DNA of 64,000 nt from assembly GCA_963770895.1 (NCBI GenBank), contig CAVYRF010000002.1:4032001-4096000 (forward strand), written 5' to 3'. Below are positions 9,828 through 18,417 of this stretch, in pieces. Numbering within the stretch: position 1 is the stretch's first letter; each line of letters starts with the position of its first letter. The notes beneath the pieces were generated by a model, which saw only the letters and a list, made by a program, of their open reading frames with translations, was not told the DNA's origin and did not search any database. Made by a program: the position numbers and the translations under genes. The stretch is from an uncultured Acidobacteriota bacterium (GTDB lineage: Bacteria > Acidobacteriota > Thermoanaerobaculia > Multivoradales > UBA5704).

Positions 9828-11624
9828 ATGAACGTGGGCGCCCGGCCGCGGGCGGCGCTGCCGGTGGCCGCGATGCTGGCGGCGCTGGCGGCGGTCGCGT
9901 CGGTCGTTGCCGGCGTCGTGCTGCGCCTGTGGGGATTGGCGGATCAGGTCCTGGGCGGCGACGAGCTGCACGCGGTGCGGGTGGCGCTGGCACAGCCGCT
10001 GTCGGCGGTGCTCACGACCTACCAGCTGGCGGACGCGTGCATCCCGCTGACGGCGCTCGATCGCTGGCTGCTTGACCACGGAGTTGCCCTGAGCGAAATG
10101 TGGCTGCGCCTGCCGGTGCTGACGTGCGGCCTGGCGGCGCTGGCGGCCATCCCGGCGCTCGCCCGCCGTTACCTGGAGCCCGCCGCCCGGCCGATCCTGT
10201 GGGCGCTGGTGGCGACGTCGCCGCTGCTCGTCCTGTACAGCCGCATCGCCCGCTCGTACATGCCGGCGACCCTGCTCAGCTTTGCCGCCGTCATGGCGTT
10301 CGGCCGCTGGTGGATGGATGCCGGCGCCAATACCGCAAGTCCCGCCGACGCCGCCAGTGCCGCCAGTGCCGCCGATGCCGCCGCAGCCGGCGCGCGCGGT
10401 AGCCGTGTCGCGCTGGCGTGCTACGCGGCGCTGGGGGCGCTGGCCGTTTGGTTCCACCTGGGGACCGCTCCTATCGTCGCGGCGCCGTTGGTCGTTGCGG
10501 CCAGCCAGATGAGTCTGGCTGCGCTGCGCGGTTGGCGAAGCGAGGGGGGACGTTTGGCGCCGGGGCGCCCTTCCCGATGGCGCGAGTTGGCGGCGGCGGC
10601 CGCGGGTCTGGCGTCGGGTTGGGCTTTGTTTCTGGTGCCGGCGGCCCCATCGCTTGCCCGCCTGGTGGCCGCCAAGAGCCAGGCGCAGCGGATACCGGCC
10701 GCGGTGTGGGGCGACGTGCTGCGGTTGCAGGCGGGATGCGGCGGGCGTTTGCCGGCGGCGCTTTTCTGGCTGAGCGCGGCGGTGGGGGCGGTCACCCTGG
10801 TGCGCCGGTGGCAGCGGTGCGGCATCTACCTGGTGGCGCTGGCGCTCGCCCAGGTGCTGGGCATCCGGGTGTTGTCGCCGCTGGGACTGGCGCGCGCGCA
10901 GGTGCTCGATCGCTACCTGCTGCCGGTGCTGCCGATCGTGCTGGTGTGGGTGGCGACGGGCCTGGCGCGGCCCTGGTGGCCGCGGCAGTCGGCGTTCGGG
11001 CGGCGCGGCCAGCGATGGGCCGCGGCCGGGCTGCTGCTGGTGTGGGTGAGCGCGGGGCCGTTCGGCGACGCCGATTTTCGGAGCAGCTCGTTCATGCACC
11101 ACAACGACATGGTGGCGTTCGCCCTGCCGCGCGCGGTGGCGCCGCCGGGCGCGGTGCCGCGCCCCTACCTGGCCCTGGGGGGGCCGCCGGGCACGGCGGT
11201 GATCGAGCTGCCCTGGCCGCCGGTGTGGGACTTTGGCCGCTCGTTCTACGTCTATCAGGAAGTGCACGGCCTGCGCGTCCTGGTGGCCGCTCCGGGCGGC
11301 GCCCTTCTCGCGGGCCGCCTCCGCTGGCGCAACCAGGTGGAGGCAGCGCCGGCCGCGCTCCTGGGCAGCGGCGCGCGCTATGTCGTGGTGCATCGCCACC
11401 TGGCGGTGGAGGAGAACCGCCTGACCCTGCCGGCGGGGCCGCCGGCGCCGCGCCACATGCCCGCCGCCGCAGCCGCGGCGCTGGCGGCGGCGGGGAATGC
11501 TGCAGACTCGCTCCTCGCTAGCGCCTGGGGGCCGCCAGCCTACGCCGACGCCGACGTCGCCGTGTGGGACCTGGCAAAGTTGCGCCGCGGTGGCGCGGGC
11601 GGCGCGCCGCTCAACGGCCGTTGA
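9828..11624 (+). CDS. GT-C fold (PMT/ArnT-like) membrane glycosyltransferase
   Basis: First TM followed by LRLWGLADQVLGGDE (DE motif), then LRLP, SPLLVLYSRIARSY and RYLLPVLP. Many TM segments. Confidence 0.7.
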   Translation: MNVGARPRAALPVAAMLAALAAVASVVAGVVLRLWGLADQVLGGDELHAVRVALAQPLSAVLTTYQLADACIPLTALDRWLLDHGVALSEMWLRLPVLTCGLAALAAIPALARRYLEPAARPILWALVATSPLLVLYSRIARSYMPATLLSFAAVMAFGRWWMDAGANTASPADAASAASAADAAAAGARGSRVALACYAALGALAVWFHLGTAPIVAAPLVVAASQMSLAALRGWRSEGGRLAPGRPSRWRELAAAAAGLASGWALFLVPAAPSLARLVAAKSQAQRIPAAVWGDVLRLQAGCGGRLPAALFWLSAAVGAVTLVRRWQRCGIYLVALALAQVLGIRVLSPLGLARAQVLDRYLLPVLPIVLVWVATGLARPWWPRQSAFGRRGQRWAAAGLLLVWVSAGPFGDADFRSSSFMHHNDMVAFALPRAVAPPGAVPRPYLALGGPPGTAVIELPWPPVWDFGRSFYVYQEVHGLRVLVAAPGGALLAGRLRWRNQVEAAPAALLGSGARYVVVHRHLAVEENRLTLPAGPPAPRHMPAAAAAALAAAGNAADSLLASAWGPPAYADADVAVWDLAKLRRGGAGGAPLNGR

Positions 11625-12119
11625 GCGCCACCGCGCTGGCCGCCCGGCGCCGGCGCCGGCCGATCTGCCGGGAAGGCGAGCTGGCCGTCGGTCGCCTTTG
11701 GGCAGCTTGCGGCACCATGAGTACGGCTATTGCGGGATAAAGGGTAACTACCGCCTCTGGCAGCGCCGCGCGCGCCGGCCTGCCGGGAAGACTTGGACCA
11801 GGGGTCGTCCCGGGCGCGGGCGGTTTCCCGGTTCGGGCTGGTGCAGGTGGTCGCAGGTGGTCGTTCGTTTTGGCAACCCTGCCCGACGGGTTCCGCGAAG
11901 CATGGACGGTGGAGTTGGCAAGAGCGGTCGTGGGAAACCAAAAAATGGTTCGGTTCGCCTTGGCCGCCGCCTTTGTGGGCTGGTGGCGGCTTTGGCGCAG
12001 CGCTGGCCGTGCCGGCGATGGCGCGGGCGGCGGCCGGGCTTCTGGTCCCGGTGGTGGCGGGTGCTGGCTCGGGCGGGCTACGGTATGATCGGCGGCCGAA
12101 TACGACAGGAGGATCGGGA

Positions 12120-14336
12120 ATGCACACGCGCACGTCGCCGACGGATGTTGGTCTCAGGAAGAGGCGGCTGGCGCCGCTGGCGTTGCCGGCCTGGCCGGCG
12201 CTGCTGGCTCTGGTGGTCGGCGCTGGCCTGGCGGCTCCGCCTGCGGTCCAGGCGGCTCCGGTTGCGGCGGCGGGTTCGGCTGCAGCCCCGACGGGGGAGG
12301 CCTCGGCCAGCCATCCCTTTGCTGCGATCGACATGCTGTCGATGCTGCGGGTTTCGCAGCCGCAGGCGTCGCCGCGCGGCGATTGGGTGGCGTTCGTGGT
12401 GCAGCGTCCCGATTTTGCCGCCAACAGCAACCATACGGACCTGTGGATCGTGGGCGGCGACGGCAGCGGCGAGCGTGCGCTGACGACGGATGGCGCGGGC
12501 TACGACAATCCGCGCTGGGCGGCCGACGGCAGCGCCTTGTACTTCCTTTCCAGGCGATCGGGGAACAGTCAGATCTGGCGGCTGGCCGCGGCGCAGGCGG
12601 GCCAGGCGGCGCCGCAGTTCGAGCAGGTGACGCGGCTGCCGGTGGAGGTGACCAGCTTCCAGCTGACGCCCGACGCGGCGCACGCGGTGGTGAGCGCCGA
12701 CGTGTTTCCCGACTGCCCGAACCTGGGGTGTACGCACGACCGGCTGGAGACGGTGGCGAAGAGCACGGTCAAGGCGCGGTTCTTCCCCGACGGGACCGGC
12801 TTTGTCCGCCATTGGGACACGTGGGAAGACGGCACCCGCTCGCACCTGTTCGCCGTGGCCCTGGGCGACGGCGGGGCGGCGCCGATCGACCTGATGCATG
12901 GCATGCAGGGTGACGCACCGTCGAAGCCCGAGGGCGGCCCCGAGGAGTACGCGGTGTCTCCCGACGGCCGGACGGTGGTGTTCGCGGTGCGTCTGGCCGG
13001 GCGCGGCGAGCCGTGGTCCACCAACTTCGACCTGTACAGCGTGCCGCTCGACGGTTCGCAGGCGCCGCGCGACCTGACCGCGACCAATCCGGCCTGGGAC
13101 AGCTTCCCGGTGTTCTCGCCGGATGGCAGGACGCTGGCCTATGGGGCGCAGACGCGTCCCGCCGACGAGGCGGACCGCTTTCACCTGGTGCTGCGCGACC
13201 TGGCGAGCGGCCAGGAGCGCAGGATCGCGGAGGAGTGGGACCGGTCGGTCGGGCCGCTGCTGTTCTCGGCCGACGGCCGGACGCTGTTCACCACCACGAG
13301 CGACATGGGGCAGAACCCGGTGTTCGCCATCGACGTGGCGACCGGGCACGTGCGCAAGCTGCCGCTGGCCGGCCACGTCGCCGCGCCGGGGCTGGCCGGC
13401 AGCAACCGCCTGGTGGTGACCATGGACGACCTGCGCCACCCGGCCGAGGTGTACACGCTCGGCACCGACGGGTCGGCGCCGGTGCAGATCACCCACCTCA
13501 ACCGGCAGCGCCTGGCGACGGTGCGGATGGGCGACTTCGAGCAGTTCCACTTTGCCGGCGCCGGCGGCGAGACCGTGTATGGCTGGGTGGTCAAGCCAGC
13601 CGACCTTGCGCCCGGCAAGCGGTATCCGACGGTTTTGATCATCCACGGCGGCCCCGAGTCCGCGATGGACAACCATTTTCACTACCGCTGGAACCCCGAG
13701 GTGTATGCCGGGGCCGGCTACGGCGTGGTGTTCATCGATTTTCACGGCACGCCGGGGTACGGCCAGGCGTTCGTCGACTCGATCGCCCACGATTGGGGCG
13801 GCAAACCGTTCGTCGATCTGCAGCTGGGGCTGGCGGCGGCGGTCGCGCGCTATCCCTGGATGGACGGCGAGCGGGCCTGCGACCTGGGGGCCTCGTTCGG
13901 CGGTTTCATGACCAATTGGATCGAAGGCAACTGGCCCGACCGCTTCCGCTGCGCGGTGACCCACGACGGTGTGTTCGATCAGCGCATGATGTATTACGCG
14001 ACCGAGGAGCTGTGGTTCCCGGAGTATGAAGAGGGCGCGCCGGAGTTTCAGGCGCCCGAGGCCTACGAGAAGTGGAACCCGGTGCGTTTTGTCGACCGCT
14101 GGAAGACGCCGATGCTGGTCGTCCACAGCGACCTGGACTTCCGCATCCCGCTCAGCCAGGGCCTGGGCGCCTATACCGCGCTGCGGCGGCGCGGCGTGCC
14201 CAGCGAGTTCCTGGAGTTTCCCAACGAGAACCACTGGGTGCTGAAGCCGGCCGACAGCTTGCTGTGGCACCAGACCGTGCTGTCGTGGCTGGCGCGGTGG
14301 CTCAACCCGCCGACCGGCACGCCCGTCGCGCAGTGA
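12120..14336 (+). CDS. S9 family peptidase (dipeptidyl-peptidase 5 / acylaminoacyl-peptidase-like)
   Basis: AGGAGG upstream, signal peptide, PD40-type propeller repeats, IHGGPE, nucleophile GASFGG, DFRIP (Asp), FPNENHWV (His). Confidence 0.92.
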   Translation: MHTRTSPTDVGLRKRRLAPLALPAWPALLALVVGAGLAAPPAVQAAPVAAAGSAAAPTGEASASHPFAAIDMLSMLRVSQPQASPRGDWVAFVVQRPDFAANSNHTDLWIVGGDGSGERALTTDGAGYDNPRWAADGSALYFLSRRSGNSQIWRLAAAQAGQAAPQFEQVTRLPVEVTSFQLTPDAAHAVVSADVFPDCPNLGCTHDRLETVAKSTVKARFFPDGTGFVRHWDTWEDGTRSHLFAVALGDGGAAPIDLMHGMQGDAPSKPEGGPEEYAVSPDGRTVVFAVRLAGRGEPWSTNFDLYSVPLDGSQAPRDLTATNPAWDSFPVFSPDGRTLAYGAQTRPADEADRFHLVLRDLASGQERRIAEEWDRSVGPLLFSADGRTLFTTTSDMGQNPVFAIDVATGHVRKLPLAGHVAAPGLAGSNRLVVTMDDLRHPAEVYTLGTDGSAPVQITHLNRQRLATVRMGDFEQFHFAGAGGETVYGWVVKPADLAPGKRYPTVLIIHGGPESAMDNHFHYRWNPEVYAGAGYGVVFIDFHGTPGYGQAFVDSIAHDWGGKPFVDLQLGLAAAVARYPWMDGERACDLGASFGGFMTNWIEGNWPDRFRCAVTHDGVFDQRMMYYATEELWFPEYEEGAPEFQAPEAYEKWNPVRFVDRWKTPMLVVHSDLDFRIPLSQGLGAYTALRRRGVPSEFLEFPNENHWVLKPADSLLWHQTVLSWLARWLNPPTGTPVAQ

Positions 14337-14435
14337 TTGCCGTCGTGCACTCGTAGACCTTGAAGGTGCGCGGTCGCGGCGTCCTGGGGGCGTCGGGGCC
14401 GCGCACCTGACCTCCCCGCTGCACACGCCGCGCAC

Positions 14436-14607
14436 CTGGCCTCCCTGGTGCACACCTGGCCTCCTGCGCCGCATACCTGGCCTCCCTGCCGCAGCCCTGG
14501 CCTCGCTGCCGCAGTCCTGGCCTCGCTGCCGCGCATCTGGCCTCGCTGCCGCGGCCCTGCGCCTCGCTGCCGCGCATCTGGCCTCCCTGCCGCGCATCTG
14601 GCCTCCC
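14436..14607. repeat. Tandem array of 20-21 bp units, consensus CTGGCCTC(C/G)CTGCCGC-N4
   Basis: Units start at 14436, 14456, 14477, 14497, 14517, 14537, 14557, 14578 and 14598, with a degenerate copy at 14407. Intergenic. Confidence 0.9.
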
Positions 14608-14863
14608 CTGCGCCTCCCTCGCCGCCTCTCTCGCTGCCTCCCTGCCGGCGCTGTTTGCCCCTGCTTTGGCCTTCGCTGAGGCCGGCGATCCCTTGTCGTG
14701 GTTGGGGTTGCGATTTCTTGATGGTCTTTGTCTTCAAAACCCGCCCTGCGGCAACTCTTCTTGTATAGGTGCCCCCAATAGGATGACGGGCCATCAAGGC
14801 ATCGCTATACGGGCATTAGAGCGATCAATCGGCAAGGACGGCACAGCAAGGAGAACTCGCTTT

Positions 14864-16930
14864 ATGGTTCCATTCCCCATCTCAATGCCCGGCGCTCTTC
14901 GGCTTCGCAGTGTGCAGCCTCTGATCGATTGGGACGGCTCCTGCAGCCTGGTGTACGACGTAGAGCGGGCGGCGGTGTTCGAGGTGCCGGCCGAGCTGCA
15001 GCTGCACATCGCGCCGGCGCTGGAAACGGGCGACCTGGACGAAGACCTGCTGGGATGGTTGGCCGGCGAAGATCTGCTGACCGCCGAAGGTTGGGGGGAC
15101 TGGAGCGTCTGGAGCGGCGCGGGCGCGGCGGGAGCCGATTGCGACTTCGGCGCGACGGGCGCCGCCGGTGGATTTGGCGTCTATCGTGGCGCGCACGACG
15201 ACGACGGACCGGCCGGGCGCACCGACTCGGCGGCCGGCCTGGTGGCGTTTCCGGGGATCGCGTGGCAGGCGGCCCTGCCGGTGGAAGGCGCCTTCGCCGG
15301 CGCGGGGCACCTTGGGGACGAGGCCCACGGCTGGATCAGCCAGGCCGGCGAGGGCGCCGCGCTCGACGCCCTGGAGACGCTCTTCAAACGCGCGCTGGGG
15401 GCGTCGCGCCTCAAGCTGCACTTCGATTGGGCGGGGACCGTGCCGGCCGGCGGCCTGCTCGACAAGATCGTGAGCGAGGCACGCCGCCGGGCGGTGGTGT
15501 CGCGCCAGGAGATCACTTTCGAAATCGCCGTCGACCCGGGCCAGGTCAGTGCCCAGGTTGCCCGCCGTCTGGCCGATCTGCCGGTGCACGTGCGCCTGCG
15601 GTGTGGGGAGTGCGATTCGGCCGCGCTCGCCGGCACGCCCAACGAAAACCGGCCTTGGCTGCTCGCCGAGCCGGCGGTGCAGCTGCTGCTGGAGGCGCAC
15701 GCGCAGGGGCCGCTCGCTCCCATGGCTCCGATGGCTCCGATGGCTCCGATGGCTCCAATGGCTCCCCTTGGCACCATGTCGCGGCTCGCGGCGCGGCCCG
15801 CCGAGCCGGCGCCGCTGACCGTGCAGTGCGTCCTGCACGGTGCGGCGCGGTTGATCGAGCTGTGGCGCTGGGCCAAGGGCCTGGGCCTGAGCAGCCTGGA
15901 CGTGATCCGCCTCGACGATTCGGATGCCGTCGGCTCCGGTGCCGGCGCTGGCGCCGGCATCGCCGCCACGGCCTCGGCGCCCGCGCAGGCCACGCACGCC
16001 GCGCCCGCCCCAGTCACCGCGGGCTCGCTCGTCGGCGGCGGCAGGGCAGAGTGCGCGGGCGCGGGCGCAGCGATGGCCGCGTTGCCGGTTGCGCCGGCCT
16101 CGTTCGTGGAGGCGCCAGGCGCGGGACTGCAAGGCAGCGGGGCCGGGCATCCGGTGGCGCCGGCGTCGCTGCCGCCGGCGGGCCTGGGCAGCGAGCTGTC
16201 CGAGCTGGCGGAGCTGACCTCGCGGCTGGCCTCGCGTGCCCGTGACTCGCGCCTGTACTGTCAGGACCTGGAAGCGATCTACGAAGAGACCTGCAACGAG
16301 CTGGTGGCGGGCCGCCTGCCGATCGACTTCCAGCCGCTCACCCGCATCGTTCGCCGCCTGATGCGCGGCGAGCTGCCGCGGCCGCTGGCCGGCGGCGCGG
16401 ACGACGGCGAAGCCTCGCCGGGGCTGGCCATGCGCTTTGGCGGCATCGAAACCCTGGATCCGCGCCAGCTGCCCGAGCTATGGTGGCTGCGCCTGGGCGA
16501 CCTGACGCAAGCCAACGTCGCCACCGTCGCGGGGGGAGCGCGCCTTGCGGACCTTGCAGGCGGTGCAAACGGTGATGGCGGCGCCGGCGCCCGCGCGGCG
16601 GCGGAAGCGAGCGAGCCGGAATCGGCAGTCCCCTGTGTCAGCTGCTGGGCGCGCCAGGTCTGCAACCACAGCGTCTATGTCGCTTCGCCGCTCGGCAGCG
16701 AAGACCCGCGCTCGCCGTCGCGCGAGCACTGCGACATCTGGTGCGCCGAAGTCGAAGCTGCGCTGCGCCTGTTCCATCGGCTCACCCAGATCGATCAGAC
16801 CACCCAGCTGCTGCAGTTCATCGAAGGCGACGGCGGCGGCGCGCACTCCTTCCACCCGCTGCACTCGCAGCAATCGACCATGCCCCAGCCCTTCAGCTAC
16901 ATGGATCTGCGCAGCATGAAGCCCTCGTAG
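14864..16930 (+). CDS. Degenerate radical-SAM/SPASM-like protein lacking CX3CX2C (putative pseudoenzyme)
   Basis: AAGGAGA RBS before ATG 14864. RRE-like N-terminus (LVYDVERAAVFEV...LLGWL). The segment ALETLFKRALGASRLKLHF...KIVSEARRRA...EITFEI follows the rSAM barrel pattern. C-terminal CVSCWARQVC-X22-C...ALRLF is SPASM-like. Confidence 0.7.
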   Translation: MVPFPISMPGALRLRSVQPLIDWDGSCSLVYDVERAAVFEVPAELQLHIAPALETGDLDEDLLGWLAGEDLLTAEGWGDWSVWSGAGAAGADCDFGATGAAGGFGVYRGAHDDDGPAGRTDSAAGLVAFPGIAWQAALPVEGAFAGAGHLGDEAHGWISQAGEGAALDALETLFKRALGASRLKLHFDWAGTVPAGGLLDKIVSEARRRAVVSRQEITFEIAVDPGQVSAQVARRLADLPVHVRLRCGECDSAALAGTPNENRPWLLAEPAVQLLLEAHAQGPLAPMAPMAPMAPMAPMAPLGTMSRLAARPAEPAPLTVQCVLHGAARLIELWRWAKGLGLSSLDVIRLDDSDAVGSGAGAGAGIAATASAPAQATHAAPAPVTAGSLVGGGRAECAGAGAAMAALPVAPASFVEAPGAGLQGSGAGHPVAPASLPPAGLGSELSELAELTSRLASRARDSRLYCQDLEAIYEETCNELVAGRLPIDFQPLTRIVRRLMRGELPRPLAGGADDGEASPGLAMRFGGIETLDPRQLPELWWLRLGDLTQANVATVAGGARLADLAGGANGDGGAGARAAAEASEPESAVPCVSCWARQVCNHSVYVASPLGSEDPRSPSREHCDIWCAEVEAALRLFHRLTQIDQTTQLLQFIEGDGGGAHSFHPLHSQQSTMPQPFSYMDLRSMKPS
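15716..15766 (+). repeat. In-frame 9-bp tandem repeat encoding (APM)5
   Basis: gctcccatg, gctccgatg x3, gctccaatg, gctccc. Confidence 0.9.
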
Positions 16931-17127
16931 CCCAGCTCGCGGCTTGTCCTGCAGAATTCACCAGCGGATGGCGCCGCCATTCGGCGGCGCGGGCCAGGCG
17001 TGCCGACGCAGCATCGTCGAAACGGTAGCGATGAGGAGGCGGCCGGGGCGGTCGCCTGTCTCGCGGTCGCGAAGGGAGGCGCACCGGCGCCCCCCAACTT
17101 GCAGGCGATGGGATACCGCCTAGATGC

Positions 17128-17158
17128 GGGCTGCGTGAGCCGGCGGCTCACGCAGCCC
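17128..17158. terminator. Perfect GC-rich hairpin between convergent genes (probable terminator)
   Basis: GGGCTGCGTGAGCC-GGC-GGCTCACGCAGCCC (14-bp stem), lying between the stops at 16930 (+) and 17230 (-). There is no long U-tract. Confidence 0.55.
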
Positions 17159-17229
17159 TTGGGTTGAGTGGGAGCGAGACGAGGGGTGCGTCGAGGCGCA
17201 ACGGGGGTTGGCGGCGCCGATATAGTGTG

Positions 17230-18114
17230 TCAATCCTTGCCGACGAAGACGCGCTGCATGTTCAGGTAGAGGCCGCTGGTCGGCAGCGTGCCGCTGATGG
17301 AGGCGCTGGCGGGCTCGATGTTGGCGGATACGTAGCCGGTCGCGGAGGCGATGCCGGTGCAGAAGCTGGGGTCGGCGGTGAGGATGTTGGTGGCGCCGTA
17401 GGCGGTGATGGGCGGGGCTGCCGCGAAGACCGGCTGGGTGGTGTTGCTGGCGGTGTACACCGCGATTTCGAACGAGCAGCTGCCATAGGCGCCCAGAACG
17501 GGATACATCTCGAAGTAATACTCGGTGTTGGGTTGGATGGTGACGCCGTTGCCCAGCACGTTGTTGGCGGCGTTCAGCTGCAGTTGCCCCTGCACCACCG
17601 AGGAGAGGTTTTCGTTGGTCCCCCAGTACGCCCAGACCGAGCTGTCGTAAGTGGCCAGGAAAAAGCCATATTCCCGGCCTCCGTTGTAGCACTGGTTGGT
17701 GTTGAAAAAGACCGACTGGAACAGGTTGCCGGTCAGGTTGTTCAACGGGTAGGGCGTGTTGAACGTTCCCAGGAATCCCACGCCGGTGACCCCGGTGCCC
17801 TGATTGCTTTCGATGAACGCCACCGGGAAGTTGGTGGTGTTGCCGCAGTTGACCGCGCCGCCAGTGCCGGGCAGCTGGGTCTGGGGCATGGACAGGGTGT
17901 TGGCGGTCGGCAGGATCCCGGCCAGGTCGGTGTTGAGGATGGGCGACTGGCTGCTGCCGGCATCGTAGTAGTTGCCGCTGGCCATGTTCGATTCGTTGGT
18001 CAGGTTCAGGATGTCGGTCCAGACCGGCGGATATTGCTGAGCGTTGGCAAGGTTTGCCGCCGCCAGCAACGCCAGCGCCACGGTCGAAAAAGCGATCGTT
18101 CGAGTCCGTTTCAT
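17230..18114 (-). CDS. Secreted hypothetical protein (N/T/G/Y-rich, probably beta-rich, 4 Cys)
   Basis: GAGGAAA RBS, signal peptide MKRTRTIAFSTVALALLAAANLANA-QQ, C/G-ending codon usage typical of a real gene. Confidence 0.8.
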   Translation of the reverse strand: MKRTRTIAFSTVALALLAAANLANAQQYPPVWTDILNLTNESNMASGNYYDAGSSQSPILNTDLAGILPTANTLSMPQTQLPGTGGAVNCGNTTNFPVAFIESNQGTGVTGVGFLGTFNTPYPLNNLTGNLFQSVFFNTNQCYNGGREYGFFLATYDSSVWAYWGTNENLSSVVQGQLQLNAANNVLGNGVTIQPNTEYYFEMYPVLGAYGSCSFEIAVYTASNTTQPVFAAAPPITAYGATNILTADPSFCTGIASATGYVSANIEPASASISGTLPTSGLYLNMQRVFVGKD

Positions 18115-18194
18115 GATGTCTTTCCTCAGCGTTTGTTGCATGGGCCTTCTGCGATAGCATTCCATATTTTGAATACTATCTATTGCGAAATTGC

Positions 18195-18223
18195 ATTATG
18201 TGGCATGACCGAATCTATGTCAA
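18195..18223 (-). promoter_or_regulatory. Sigma70-type promoter of the secreted protein gene
   Basis: On the minus strand: TTGACA (18223-18218), 17-nt spacer, CATAAT (18200-18195), within an AT-rich patch about 80 nt upstream of the ATG. Confidence 0.7.
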
Positions 18224-18417
18224 GCCAAACCGGGGCAGCCGAGGCGGGGGCCAAACCGAGGGTGTGGGATGCATCCGCTACCGGCCTTTGGAATCCGCGC
18301 GACGGATGGACTGCGGGGGCGTTGGCGGGGTAGGGGGTTCTGGTAGACTTCGGCGGCGGGTGTCCGCCTGGTGGGTGGGGTGGGACGTCTGCTTACCTTT
18401 CTGGCCCTCGATACGGC

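Noticed and set aside
11625-12119. Roughly 500-bp intergenic region as an ncRNA or riboswitch
   Set aside because: Only a short AACCA-AAAAA-TGGTT hairpin was seen, with no recognisable riboswitch or tRNA motif. An Rfam search would be needed.
14407-14610. Possible CRISPR array
   Set aside because: The units are contiguous with only about 4 variable nt, there are no unique 25-45 nt spacers, and no cas genes are present.
14171-14797. Cys-containing repetitive ORFs over the array as RiPP precursors for the rSAM-like gene
   Set aside because: The 20-bp period shifts frame at each unit, there is no RBS or leader-core pattern, one ORF overlaps the S9 gene, and the neighbouring enzyme lacks the SAM-binding cluster motif.
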